Shown one piece after another: positions 20,701 through 30,877 of a stretch of DNA of 64,000 nucleotides; within the stretch, counting starts at the first letter, position 1, and every line of letters starts with the position of its first letter. The stretch is from an uncultured delta proteobacterium (GTDB taxonomy: Bacteria; Desulfobacterota; Desulfuromonadia; Desulfuromonadales; JACZKF01). The notes beneath the pieces were generated by a model. That model saw nothing but the letters and a program-made list of their open reading frames with translations, was not told where the DNA came from and searched no databases. The DNA lies in NCBI GenBank assembly GCA_963816395.1, contig CAWFKQ010000013.1:95936-159935 (forward strand), given 5' to 3'. The translations under genes were made by a program, and so were the position numbers.

Positions 20701-22285
20701 GCATATTGACCGCCTTGATGAAGTGGGCTCCGACCGCTCCGCGGAGCTGTTCGATGACCGCCTCTTCGGCCGGGGTGTCGATGGAGAGGACCACCATCGC
20801 CTCGCCCGCCTTGGCCCGCCGTCCCAGATTCATCGAGCCGATATTGACGCCGGCCTCGCCGAGAATGGTGCCGATCTTGCCGATGAGGCCCGGCCGGTCG
20901 GCATAGCTGATCACCAGCATGTGCCCTTCCGGGGTGAAGTCGGTCAGGAAGTCGCGCATCTTGACGATCTTCGGGATCCCTTCGAAAAGGGTGCCGGCCA
21001 CCATGCGCCGGCTCTCGGCGGCCGCCAGAGAGATGGTGACCAGATTGGAGAAGGACTCCGATTCGGTGTTGCGGACCTCTTCCACCGCGATCCCCATGTT
21101 GGCCGCCACCAGTCGGGCATTGACCATGTTGACTTCCTGCTCGGTATGGCGGTTGAGCAGGGCGGCCAGGCCGTTGACGGTCAGGGGGGTGCAGTCGAAG
21201 CGGGCCAGTTTGCCGTTGTAGGTGAAGATGACCTTGCTGGGATTGGCCGGCGCCAGTTGGGAAATGAACTCTCCCATCCGGCTGACCAGCCCCATGAAGG
21301 GCTTCATGTGCTCCATCAGGTCGGGATCGAATTTGGGAATGTTGACCGCATTTTCCAGGGGTCTGCCGTCGAGATAGTTGACGATCTCCCGGCTGACGTC
21401 GACGGCCACGTTCTTCTGCGCCTCGAAGGTATTGGCCCCCAGGTGCGGCGTGACCACCATGCGCGGATGGTTGATGAGCTTCTGCAGCACCTCCGAGCGG
21501 GGGGGCTCCTCACTCCAGACGTCGAAGCCGGCGCCGGCCGCCTTGCCGCTCTCCAGCGCGCCGAGCATCGCCGACTCGTCGATAATGCCGCCGCGGGCGC
21601 AGTTGATCACCAGCACGCCGTCTTTCATGCCCTTGAAGTGCTCGGTTCCCAGCATCCCCGAGGTCTCCTCGTTGAGCGGCGTGTGAACGGTGATCACGTC
21701 GGCATAGCGCACGATGTCCTCCAGGGGAACCAGCCGCACCCCCAGATCCTCGCCGCGCTTCTCGGCAATGTAGGGATCACAGGCGATCACCTCCATTTCG
21801 AAGGCCTTGGCTCGCAGGGCGACCCGCCCTCCGACCTTGCCGAGACCGATGATCCCCAGCGTTTTCCCCTTCAATTCAGAGCCGGTGAAAGGTGCCCGCT
21901 TCCATTCTCCGCCCTTCAGGCTGGCATTCGCGACGGTGACGTTGCGGCACAGGGAGAGGAGCAGGGCCATGGTATGCTCGGCGGCGGAATTGGTGTTGCC
22001 GAAAGGGGCATTGACGACGATGATTCCCTTGTTGCTGGCGTATTCCACATCGACATTGTCGATCCCCACCCCGGCGCGGGCAATGATCTTCAATCGTCGG
22101 GCGACATCGATGAGGGGCGGGTCGACGCGGGTGCCGCTGCGGGTGATGATGGCGTCGTAGGCGCCGATGATCTGCCGCAGTTCCTCCGCCGGCAGGCCGA
22201 GGCGGATATCGATCTCGATCCGGGGATCGTCAACCAGGGGTTGCAGTCCCTCCTGGGAAATCTCATCGGTAATGATAACTTTCAT
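20693..22285 (-). CDS. serA: D-3-phosphoglycerate dehydrogenase
   Basis: RAGVGIDNVD, GLGKVG, INCARGG, TPHLGA; C-terminal ASB and ACT (DRPGLIG) domains. Confidence 0.93.
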   Translation of the reverse strand: MKVIITDEISQEGLQPLVDDPRIEIDIRLGLPAEELRQIIGAYDAIITRSGTRVDPPLIDVARRLKIIARAGVGIDNVDVEYASNKGIIVVNAPFGNTNSAAEHTMALLLSLCRNVTVANASLKGGEWKRAPFTGSELKGKTLGIIGLGKVGGRVALRAKAFEMEVIACDPYIAEKRGEDLGVRLVPLEDIVRYADVITVHTPLNEETSGMLGTEHFKGMKDGVLVINCARGGIIDESAMLGALESGKAAGAGFDVWSEEPPRSEVLQKLINHPRMVVTPHLGANTFEAQKNVAVDVSREIVNYLDGRPLENAVNIPKFDPDLMEHMKPFMGLVSRMGEFISQLAPANPSKVIFTYNGKLARFDCTPLTVNGLAALLNRHTEQEVNMVNARLVAANMGIAVEEVRNTESESFSNLVTISLAAAESRRMVAGTLFEGIPKIVKMRDFLTDFTPEGHMLVISYADRPGLIGKIGTILGEAGVNIGSMNLGRRAKAGEAMVVLSIDTPAEEAVIEQLRGAVGAHFIKAVNMRG

Positions 22286-22412
22286 GCGGGCTCCTTCATG
22301 GCCGGTTGCGGGCTGCCGGCAACGGCCGGCGGTAAGGGAGAAGGCGAAAAGTTTAGAACGTTTACCCCACCCTGTCAACGTCATCCGACGCCCGGGTGAC
22401 CCGTTGTTCCGG

Positions 22413-22691
22413 CTATTTTATCACCTTCAGGCGATCCTTCCGGCCGCCGTCGCTTGCCGCCGCCGGCGATTCGGCTGGCGGCGATACGGCCGCCGGCGCC
22501 GGTTCCTCCCCGAGCATCGGCAGGTGGCCCTCCTGCAGCAGGCGCTGCACCGTGCCAGCGATAGCCAGGCACTGTTTCATGCAGACCCGGCGGGCCGGGC
22601 AGGTGGAACAGTCCGCCTCTCCGCCGGCCGCCCGCAGGGCGTGAATCACCAGTTGCACACTTTCGATCTGATTTAAAGGGATGAAAAACAT
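22413..22691 (-). CDS. Small Cys-cluster hypothetical protein
   Basis: AAAGGAG RBS; CSTCPARRVCMKQC motif; co-oriented between aroF and serA. Confidence 0.6.
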   Translation of the reverse strand: MFFIPLNQIESVQLVIHALRAAGGEADCSTCPARRVCMKQCLAIAGTVQRLLQEGHLPMLGEEPAPAAVSPPAESPAAASDGGRKDRLKVIK

Positions 22692-22706
22692 CCTGTGACT
22701 CCTTTG

Positions 22707-22812
22707 TAACGCAAAGGCGCAAAGTCAAGAGCAAGCCGCAAAGAAGAACCTGGAGACAGCGGTTTTTGGGCTTTCTCTGCGCCCTGGTTTTCCCCTTTGC
22801 GTCTTTGCGTTA
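22707..22812. repeat. Empty AACGCAAAG inverted-repeat element
   Basis: TAACGCAAAGGCGCAAAG...CAAGCCGCAAAG paired with CTCTGCGCC...CTTTGCGTCTTTGCGTTA. Confidence 0.8.
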
Positions 22813-22820
22813 GAGCAGTT

Positions 22821-23840
22821 TCAAAGAGCTTTGCCAGCCACCTCGGCGAACTGCCGCAACTTCTCCATCATCGCCGCGAATTCCGCCGGGCGCAGGGACT
22901 GCGGACCGTCGCTGGCGGCCTTCTCCGGGTGCGGGTGGACTTCGACGATCAGGGCATCGACGCCGGCGGCGACGGCGGCGTAGCACATGGAGGGCACCAG
23001 GCTGGCGTGCCCGGTGGCGTGCGAGGGATCGACCACCACCGGCAGGTGGGTCTGTTCCTTGAGTACCGGCACGGCGGAAATATCCAGGGTGTTGCGGGTG
23101 GCGGTTTCAAAGGTGCGGATGCCGCGTTCGCAGAGCAGTACCCGGCGGTTCCCGCCGGCCAGAATGTACTCGGCGCTCATGAGGAATTCCTGGATGGTGG
23201 TGGCCATCCCCCGCTTGAGCAGGATCGGTTTGTCGAGCCGGCCGAGCATCTGCAGCAGGGCGAAGTTCTGCACGTTGCGCGCCCCGACCTGCAGGATGTC
23301 GGCATAGCGGGCGACCAGTTCGACATCGCGCGGATTGACCACCTCGGTGACGATCGGCAACCCGGTCGCTTCCCGGGCCAGGGCCAGCAGCTTCAGTCCC
23401 TCCTCCTCCATCCCCTGGAAGGAGTAGGGGCTGGTGCGCGGCTTGAAGGCGCCGCCGCGCAGCACCTTCGCTCCGGCGGCTTTGACGGCCCGCGCCGTCT
23501 CCAGGATCTGCGCCTCGTTCTCCACGGCACAGGGGCCGGCCATGACCAGCAAGGTACCGCCGCCGACCGTCAGGCCGGGGGCGATGTCGAACACGCTCGG
23601 CTCCGGTTTGACCTCGCGGCTGGCCAGCTTGTACGGCTTGAGGATGGGGACCACGCTCTCCACCCCGGAAAACGATTCGAGCGACTGCAGGACCATCTTT
23701 CCCCGCTCGTCGCCCACCGCTCCCACCACATTGCGGGTCTCGCCATGGATGACGTGCGGTTTGTAGCCCAACTCACGGACGCGCTTCTTGACCGCCGCCA
23801 GTTCGTCACGACTGGCCCCCTGCTTCATCACAATGATCAT
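22821..23840 (-). CDS. aroF: DAHP synthase type I-beta with N-terminal ACT-like regulatory domain
   Basis: MIIVMK start; [47 protein letters not shown]. Confidence 0.93.
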   Translation of the reverse strand: MIIVMKQGASRDELAAVKKRVRELGYKPHVIHGETRNVVGAVGDERGKMVLQSLESFSGVESVVPILKPYKLASREVKPEPSVFDIAPGLTVGGGTLLVMAGPCAVENEAQILETARAVKAAGAKVLRGGAFKPRTSPYSFQGMEEEGLKLLALAREATGLPIVTEVVNPRDVELVARYADILQVGARNVQNFALLQMLGRLDKPILLKRGMATTIQEFLMSAEYILAGGNRRVLLCERGIRTFETATRNTLDISAVPVLKEQTHLPVVVDPSHATGHASLVPSMCYAAVAAGVDALIVEVHPHPEKAASDGPQSLRPAEFAAMMEKLRQFAEVAGKAL

Positions 23841-23871
23841 TTTCCTCTCCTTTGCGATCGATTCGGCCGGT

Positions 23872-23914
23872 GAAAAAGAAGGAAGGCCGCCTGGATTCTC
23901 CCGGCGGCCTTTTT
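23872..23914 (-). terminator. Attenuator terminator upstream of aroF
   Basis: AAGGCCGCC/GGCGGCCTT stem followed by CCTTCTTTTT on minus strand, ~30 nt before the aroF start. Confidence 0.75.
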
Positions 23915-23991
23915 CATCGATCGCAAATGAAAACCACGGGAGATCCGGATTCCGGTCTGCCCATGGCTGGCTGCTGTCGCTGGTGCTTCCC

Positions 23992-24084
23992 CTACGCCGA
24001 CAGGCCTTTACCCCGGGCAGACGGCCGAAAAAAGAAGCCGCGCCAGAAGGAAAAACCGAAAAAGAAGGCATAGAAAAGGGGCAT
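23992..24084 (-). CDS. Aromatic amino-acid attenuator leader peptide (30 aa)
   Basis: [30 protein letters not shown]: 9 Phe, 1 Tyr, 1 Trp; GGAG RBS; precedes the terminator and aroF. Confidence 0.8.
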   Translation of the reverse strand: MPLFYAFFFGFSFWRGFFFRPSARGKGLSA

Positions 24085-24152
24085 TGCCGCTCCGCAGTCA
24101 TGCAAGATTTTGCCTGTTTAGCAGATTGCGGGGGAAATGGCAAGTCGGAAAA

Positions 24153-24230
24153 CAGGCGTCAGGATTCAGGTCGCAGGGATCAGGATAGCCAAATGCCTGA
24201 AACCTGATTCCTGATACCTGATTCCTGATT
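24153..24230. repeat. Inverted heptanucleotide repeat array
   Basis: (CAGG-N3)x5 followed by (CCTG-N3)x5 directly after the otsA stop. Confidence 0.7.
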
Positions 24231-24231
24231 A

Positions 24232-25655
24232 TTACCGCTTCCCCTGCATGGTGTCGAGGAAGCGCTGCACCCAGCGGTGCACATCGTTGCGCCGGACCTC
24301 GGCCTGCAGGTGCAGCATCCGTTCACGGCGCTCCTCGCCACCCATGGTGAAGGCGCGCCAGATGGCATCGGCGCAGCCGTCGACGTCGTAGGGGTTGACC
24401 AGCAGCGCCCAGTGGCCGAGCTGGTCGGCGGCGCCGGCGAACTCGCTGAGGATCAGCACGCTGTTCTGGTCGACGGCGCTGGCGCAGTATTCCTTGGCGA
24501 CCAGGTTCATGCCGTCGCGCAGGGGGGTGATCAGGGCGATTTCCGAGGCCCGGTAATGCGCCAGCAGTTGCGTATGGTCGAGGCTGCGGAAGACGTAGAG
24601 GATCGGTACCCACCCCGATTCGGCGAAGCGGGCGTTGATCCGCCCGGCCAGCTGGTCGAGCAGTTCCTTCAGGTTCTGGTAATCCGGCACCAGGGTGCGG
24701 CTCGGCACGACCACCTGCAGCAGGGAGGTGCGCCGGCGCAGGTCGGGATATTTCTCCAGGGCCCGCTCGAAGGCGAGAAAGCGCTCGGGGACCCCCTTGG
24801 TGTAATCGAGGCGGTCGATCCCCAGTATCAGCTGCCGCCCGGGGAAACCCTCGTGCAGGTACCAGGCCGCCTCGGCAACCTCCTGCGACTGGGCGTCCTG
24901 GTGAAATTCGCCGATAGTCGATGCTGATCGGGAAATGCCCGACCCGGATCATCCGCTGACCGCAGCGCAGCAGAGTGTAGTGGCGCTGGCGGCTGATGAT
25001 CTCCGAGTCCGGCAGCAGCGTGGCGACGCAATGGACGAAATTGCGCCGGTCGCGCAGGGTCTGGAAGCCGATCAGGTCGTAGGCGGTCAGGGCGCTGAGG
25101 AGTTCCTGCTTCCAGGGCAGCCGACGGAAGAGGTCGAGGGAGGGAAAGGGGATGTGCAGGAAGAAGGCAAGGGGCTGGCGTACTCCCAGGCGGCGCAGCT
25201 GCTCCCCCACCAGGCAGAGCTGGTAATCGTGAATCCATACCAGGTCCTCGGGGGTCGGCCTCGGCGGCCACCGATTCGGCGAAGCGGCGGTTTACTTCGA
25301 CATAGGTCAGCCAATTTTCGCGATCGAAATTGCAGTGGCCGAGCAGGTCGTGGAACAGAGGCCAGAGGGTCTCATTGGAAAAACCCCGGTAATATTTTTC
25401 CACCTCCTCCTCGCTGATCGGCACGGCCTGCAGCTGGTAGCCGCGCTCCGCCCCGAAGCGAGCGAACAGTTCCTGCAGGGGAACTTCGCCGCCGCAGCCG
25501 GCCCAGCCGATCCATACCCCTTCGCGGTGCCGCATCACCGGGGCGACGGCCGTGACCAGGCCGCCGGAACCGGGGGCGATCCGCCATTCACCGTTCTCCT
25601 GGGAAATGGCGACCGGCAGGCGGTTGGAGACGACAATCAGGCGCGATTGAGTCAT
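24232..25655 (-). CDS. otsA: Trehalose-6-phosphate synthase (GT20), frameshifts near 25250 and 24910
   Basis: [62 protein letters not shown] across three frames. Confidence 0.88.
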
Positions 25656-25684
25656 TGAGCAGATCTCCTCCGGCTGGCGACGGT

Positions 25685-26949
25685 TCAGACGGCCTCGATA
25701 CGTTCCCCGCTGCCTTGGGACAGGCCCAGCATCAGGGTCAGGTATTCCCGCAGGTGGCGGGTGAGCAGGTAATTTTCCCAGATGAAGCGGCGCGCCCGCT
25801 CGCCCATCTCCCGGCGCAGGTCCTGGCGGTGCAGCAGATAGCGGATGCGGAGTGCCGCCCCGTCCGGTGTGCGCACCAGAAAACCGGTGTAATGGTCGAA
25901 AACCTGCAGGCGGATGCCGCCGGTGTCGCCGCCGATCACCGGTTTGCCCTTCCACATCGCCTCGGCGACGGTCAGCCCGAATCCTTCGCGCAGCGATTTC
26001 TGCAGGACGATGTCGGCCCGCCTTTGCAGGGCGTTTATGGTGCGGTGCGCCGAACTGGAAAGGCGCAGGACATGGATGTGCGGATCGTCGGCGGCTGCCG
26101 TTTGCACCTCCCGCAGGACCGCTTCCCCCTCCGGGTCGTCGGCCGCTCCGCCCCCGGCCAGGACCAACTGCAAGGGGGTGAGTTTGCGTACCAGGCGATA
26201 GGCCTCGATCACCCCCAGGGGGTCCTTGAAGCGGTCGTAGCGGGAGACCTGCAGGACCAGGGGCAGGCCGGGATCGAAACCGAACTGACTATCCAGCGCC
26301 CTGCACCTCGGCTGCCGGCAGATCACGGTTTTTTTCGCTCAGCGGGTCGATGCTGGGGGCGATGATGTACTGGGGATGGGGAAGGCGCTGCGCGAATTCG
26401 GGGAGCGAGAAGATGCTCGCGTCGTACCGGGCGATCCATTGCCGCAGGTATTCCCAGACCCTCGGCTGCGGCCGGCTGACGTCGATGTGGCAGCGCCAGA
26501 TCCATTTGCCCCGGCGATGGGGGAAAGCGGCGAGCAGTGCCGCCGGCTGCGGATCGTGGATGAAGACGAAGTCGGCCGCCTCCAGCAGCGAGCGCAGGTT
26601 CTCGGCGCTGGCCGCGTTGGTCGTCTCATACGACCCGCAGCGACTCCTCGGGGATCGGTTCCGCTCCCCCTGCAGGGCGTTATGGAAGCCCTTGGTGGCG
26701 CGATAGAAAGGCAGCCTCGCCGGTGATCACCTCCCAGCGGGCATCCAGCCCCAGAGCCTGTTTGAACGGGACCAGCTTCTGCAGGATTTCCGCTACCCCT
26801 CCGCCTTCCCGGGTGGAATTGACATGCACCACCAGCGCCCCTTTCAGCGGCGCCGCCAATTGCTGCAGGTGCTGCAGATTGCCCCGACCGGTCACCGCTG
26901 CATATTCGTCGACGAAGTTCTGCAGGTATTCGGCATCCAGCATTTCCAT
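25685..26949 (-). CDS. treT: TreT-like trehalose glycosyltransferring synthase (GT4), several frameshifts
   Basis: HVNSTREGGGVAEIL, HNALQG, HDPQP, WRCHID, PSIDPLSEKN, SRYDRFKDPLGVI, EGFGLTVAEA. Confidence 0.82.
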
Positions 26950-27627
26950 CAGACCAGTTCCTCGAAAAATAGCTGGAAGATGGCGGTCACCAGGTGACGA
27001 ATCTCCTTGAGAGAGGAAAAATAGGGGTCGAGCCGCCCAAGACGGTCGATCAGCGGCAGGAACTCATCGCCGAAGCCCGCCAGCCAGGCGCTGAAGTCGT
27101 CGGTGCGGCCGGGCGTCCGCCGGCGGGCATCGATGAAATGGAAAAAGATGCTGCCGGTGGGGAAGTTGGGAAGATAGGAGACGATGTCCGCCGGCCGATC
27201 GAAATGCAGGGCCGGTGTCGAAAACCACGATCTGCCCCTGGAGAAAATAGAACCTCTGATCGGCTGCCGACCAGAGGGAAATCTCGCTTTCCCCCAGGCG
27301 CTGATCGACGATCTCCAGGACTTCCTGCCGCACGCCCTCCAGGTCGTCGAAGTCGGTCGGTATCACCATGCTCAACCGCTCGGCGAGCGGGCGGTCATGC
27401 AGGCCGCGCCAGGCCCAGGAGGCGAAATCGTTGTTGTATTCGGGCTCATCGAACTGCGGCCGCAGCAGGCGCCCCCAGAAATGATGGTAGAGACTTCCGG
27501 CCGGCATCTGCTGCACGGCTTCCCGGAACTCCTTGAGGCTCCCCGCCCGCTGGCCGGTGGCGAGGGTGATCAGGGCACAGTCCCGCACCGCAAAGGGAGT
27601 GCCCGCGCCCTGAGGAACAACGACCAT
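26949..27627 (-). CDS. DUF5752-like protein (frameshift near 27190)
   Basis: SLYHHFW..LLRP.FD.PEY.NDFA.W; second repeat SIFFHFIDARRR...DDFSAWL; TGA overlaps the treT ATG. Confidence 0.7.
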
Positions 27628-27908
27628 CCACTCCTCCTTGTTTTAAAAAAATATCAAGCACATCTTATATTTATAACAAAAAATGGCCTTTCTGCAAGCT
27701 GTCTGGCGCCGGCTGTGGTCTCTGCCGGCGCCGATTGCCGGCATTTTCACGGGTGAGCGTTCGACGGCGGGTGGCGATCTCGGCTGTCTGCGTTCTCCAA
27801 AGGTGAAAAAGGAGGATTTTATTATATTGTTGAGAAGGGTTGCTCGGCAGAAAAACAGCCCGCTTGATAGCGAAGCGGTGTTCTGCACTCAACATAAACG
27901 GAGAGGGG

Positions 27909-30476
27909 ATGGAAAGGGCAGCCAGGCATTGGAACGATTTGTCGACCTTATCGATCTCTCAATCCTGCAGACCGTTGATGGAAAGCTTCTACCGGGCCGC
28001 TGGAGTACCGATGGCGCTCATGGACCGGGAGGGGACTGTTCTGCTCATCGGCCGGCTGGCAGGAGATCTGCACCCTGTTTCACCGCCGCCATGCGCTAGC
28101 GCTGCAGCACTGCCTGGAAACCGCCACCGGTTTTTCCGAATACGCAATCACCCGCCATTCCCCGGCGGCACCGAATCGATCTGCCGCAACGGCCTGAACT
28201 ACATCGGGATGCCTATTCTGCTCGAAGGCGAGCTCCTGGCCACCTTCTTTCTTTCGCAGTTTTTCTACGAACCGCCGGATCTGCAGAGGTTTCGTCGCCA
28301 GGCCCGGGAATTCGGCCTGGATGAAGAGAGCTACCTGGCGGCGGTCAGCAAGGTTCCGGTCGTCAGCCGCGCCCGGGTCAGTGACCTCCTCGGCTTCTAC
28401 TCCGGATTCGTGCAGCTGCTGGCGGCCATGGCGACCAGCAGCCGGCAGCAGCTGGCCGATCGCCAGCGGGCCGCGGCGGCACTGGAGTTCCGGGCCCGGC
28501 TGGAGCAGCTGATCGCCGCCACGTCGACCCGTTTCGTCAACCTGTCGCCGGCTGAAGTGGATGCGGCCATGGGCCAGGCTCTGGCGGAGATCGGTGAATT
28601 CGTCCAGGTCGACCGCAGCTATATCTTCCAGTTCAGCGAAGACGGCAGCACCATGAGCAATACCCACGAATGGTGCGCCGCCGGCATCGAACCGCAGCAG
28701 CACCGCCTGCAGCATATGCCGGCGGCGGCCCTGCCCTGGTTCATCCGGCAGATCCGCAACCGGCAGGTCTGCTACTGTCCCTCGGTCGCCGAACTCGGGC
28801 CGGAGGCTGCGCCGGAAAAAGCCGAGTGGCAGGCGGAGGATATCCAGTCGCTGATCTGTGTACCGATGGTATTCGAGGAGAAGGTGGTGGGTTTCGTCGG
28901 CTTCGATTCGGTGCGGGAGCGGAAAGCGTGGTCGGAGGAGGTTATTCTGCTGCTGCGCATCGTCGGTGAATGCTTTGCCGGTGCCCTGGAGCGGCGGCAG
29001 GCGGATCAGGCTCTGCACGAGAGCGAATATCGTTTTCGCACCATGTTCTCCTCGGCGCCGGTCGGGATGGCGGCGGTGTCGCCCGAGGGGCGGTTTTTGC
29101 AGGTGAACCCGGCGTTCTGCCGGTTCCTCGGCTACGGCGAGGACGAGTTATGGCAGCTTACCCTGGAAAAGGTGACCCATCCCGAGGATCTCGAGGCAAA
29201 CCGCCAGCCGAGTCCGGCGGGGCTGCCGGGTTCCCGCCCCGTGGCCGAAATGGAAAGGCGGTTTCTCCGACACGACGGGACGATTGCCTGGGGACAGATG
29301 TCGCTCGTCGGGATCTACGATGCCGCCGGCCGGCTGCTCTATCGAATGGCGCAGGTCCAGGACATCACCGATCGCAGGAAGGCGGAAGATTCCCTGAAGC
29401 GGGCAGCTTACGAGGCGGAGGAGGCTCGGGACAAGATCGATGCCATTCTCGAATCGGTGGCCGACGGCCTGATCGTCACCGACCTCTTCGACCGGGTGAT
29501 CCTGATGAACCGGGCGGCCGAGGCGCTGCTCGGCATCTCCCTGGATCGGAATCCCCGGCGCCACATCGACTCCGTCCTGCCGGAAAAGGATCTGCGCCGG
29601 CAGATCGTCGCCACCCGCCAGGGAGAAAAGGAGGTGGCGGAAATGGCCTGGGAGCGGCTGGATGCCGCCGGTCGGCACCAGGCGCTGCAGGCGCGGACGA
29701 CCAGGGTAGACCGGGCCGGCGTCCGGCTGACCGGCACGATTACCATCCTGCGCGACATCACCCGGGAGCGGGAGCTGGACCGGATGCGGGATGAATTCAT
29801 CTCCACCGCCGCCCACGAACTGCGCACGCCGCTGGCGACGGTGATGGGGTTTGTCGAACTGCTGCTGAAACCTGAGGAATTTCCTCTTTCCCCGGAGGAA
29901 CGGCGCGAGTATCTCACCTTGGTTTACCAGAAATCCGAGGTGCTGGAAAAGATCATCGGCGATCTGCTGGACCTCAGCCGGTTCCAGGCGGGGCATCTGA
30001 TCACCCTGCAGAAATCCCGCCTGGATTTCACCGCCCTGGTCAGGCAGGCAGTCGCCGCCTTCCAGGCCATGACCGACCGGCATGTCTTCCGGCTCGAATT
30101 CCCGCCGGAGCCCATCATTCTCTTCATCGATCCGGGGAAGATCGGGCAGGTGCTGGAAAACCTGCTCAGCAATGCCGTCAAATTCTCTCCCGCCGGGGGC
30201 GTCATCCGAGTGAGCGGGCGTCGCACCGACGGGGAATACCAGGTCACCGTCGCCGATGAGGGAATCGGCATGGAGCCGGAGCAGGTGGCGCGGATCTTCG
30301 ATAAATTCTATCGGGTGGATGCCTCCAACACCGCGATCAGCGGGCTGGGGCTGGGGATGAGCATGGTCAAAAGCATCGTGGAAACCCACGGCGGCCGAAT
30401 CTGGGTCGAGAGCCGCCCCGGGCAGGGAACCGAGGTGCACTTCACCCTGCCCACGGAGCCGCCGGATCATCGCTAA
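27909..30476 (+). CDS. Cytoplasmic PocR-GAF-PAS-PAS sensor histidine kinase
   Basis: H-box AAHELRTPL, N-box ENLLSNAVKFS, G1 DEGIG, G2 GLGLG; PocR motif GWQEIC..FHR in a shifted frame at ~28050-28130. Confidence 0.88.
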   Translation: MERAARHWNDLSTLSISQSCRPLMESFYRAAGVPMALMDREGTVLLIGRLAGDLHPVSPPPCASAAALPGNRHRFFRIRNHPPFPGGTESICRNGLNYIGMPILLEGELLATFFLSQFFYEPPDLQRFRRQAREFGLDEESYLAAVSKVPVVSRARVSDLLGFYSGFVQLLAAMATSSRQQLADRQRAAAALEFRARLEQLIAATSTRFVNLSPAEVDAAMGQALAEIGEFVQVDRSYIFQFSEDGSTMSNTHEWCAAGIEPQQHRLQHMPAAALPWFIRQIRNRQVCYCPSVAELGPEAAPEKAEWQAEDIQSLICVPMVFEEKVVGFVGFDSVRERKAWSEEVILLLRIVGECFAGALERRQADQALHESEYRFRTMFSSAPVGMAAVSPEGRFLQVNPAFCRFLGYGEDELWQLTLEKVTHPEDLEANRQPSPAGLPGSRPVAEMERRFLRHDGTIAWGQMSLVGIYDAAGRLLYRMAQVQDITDRRKAEDSLKRAAYEAEEARDKIDAILESVADGLIVTDLFDRVILMNRAAEALLGISLDRNPRRHIDSVLPEKDLRRQIVATRQGEKEVAEMAWERLDAAGRHQALQARTTRVDRAGVRLTGTITILRDITRERELDRMRDEFISTAAHELRTPLATVMGFVELLLKPEEFPLSPEERREYLTLVYQKSEVLEKIIGDLLDLSRFQAGHLITLQKSRLDFTALVRQAVAAFQAMTDRHVFRLEFPPEPIILFIDPGKIGQVLENLLSNAVKFSPAGGVIRVSGRRTDGEYQVTVADEGIGMEPEQVARIFDKFYRVDASNTAISGLGLGMSMVKSIVETHGGRIWVESRPGQGTEVHFTLPTEPPDHR

Positions 30477-30877
30477 CTCGTTTCCGTCCGGAAGCGGTCC
30501 TTTCCCGCGTAGCAGCGTCAAGCAGAGATCGTTTGTCAAGGCATCGGTTTGAAAATAAATCAAACATTGTTATTGCGAATACCAGCTCGGAAAACCGAAG
30601 ATTAGCTTAGAAACTACCAAAAATACAGTAGGATAGCCCTTCTTCTAATATCATCTTCAATGCCTACGCATTTCTGTTGAAAGTTTTCAAAACATTGTAT
30701 TATTATATTGCGAGTGGATAGTCCAACAGACCAATGGACCATTCGCTCTGCCCCTCCCCTGGTTTAGGTAGGGCCGAAAGCGTGGGGCGTGGTTACACGA
30801 TGAAAACATGTGAGTGGTCGCAGGGAATTGACGAGAGCTGGATTCGTCGCGGTGAGCCTTTTACAGGAGACTAGGGA

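Noticed and set aside
23841..24143. 100-aa N-terminal extension of DAHP synthase
   Set aside because: The region is the attenuator leader; the family-typical start MIIVMK with a GGAGAGG RBS is at 23840.
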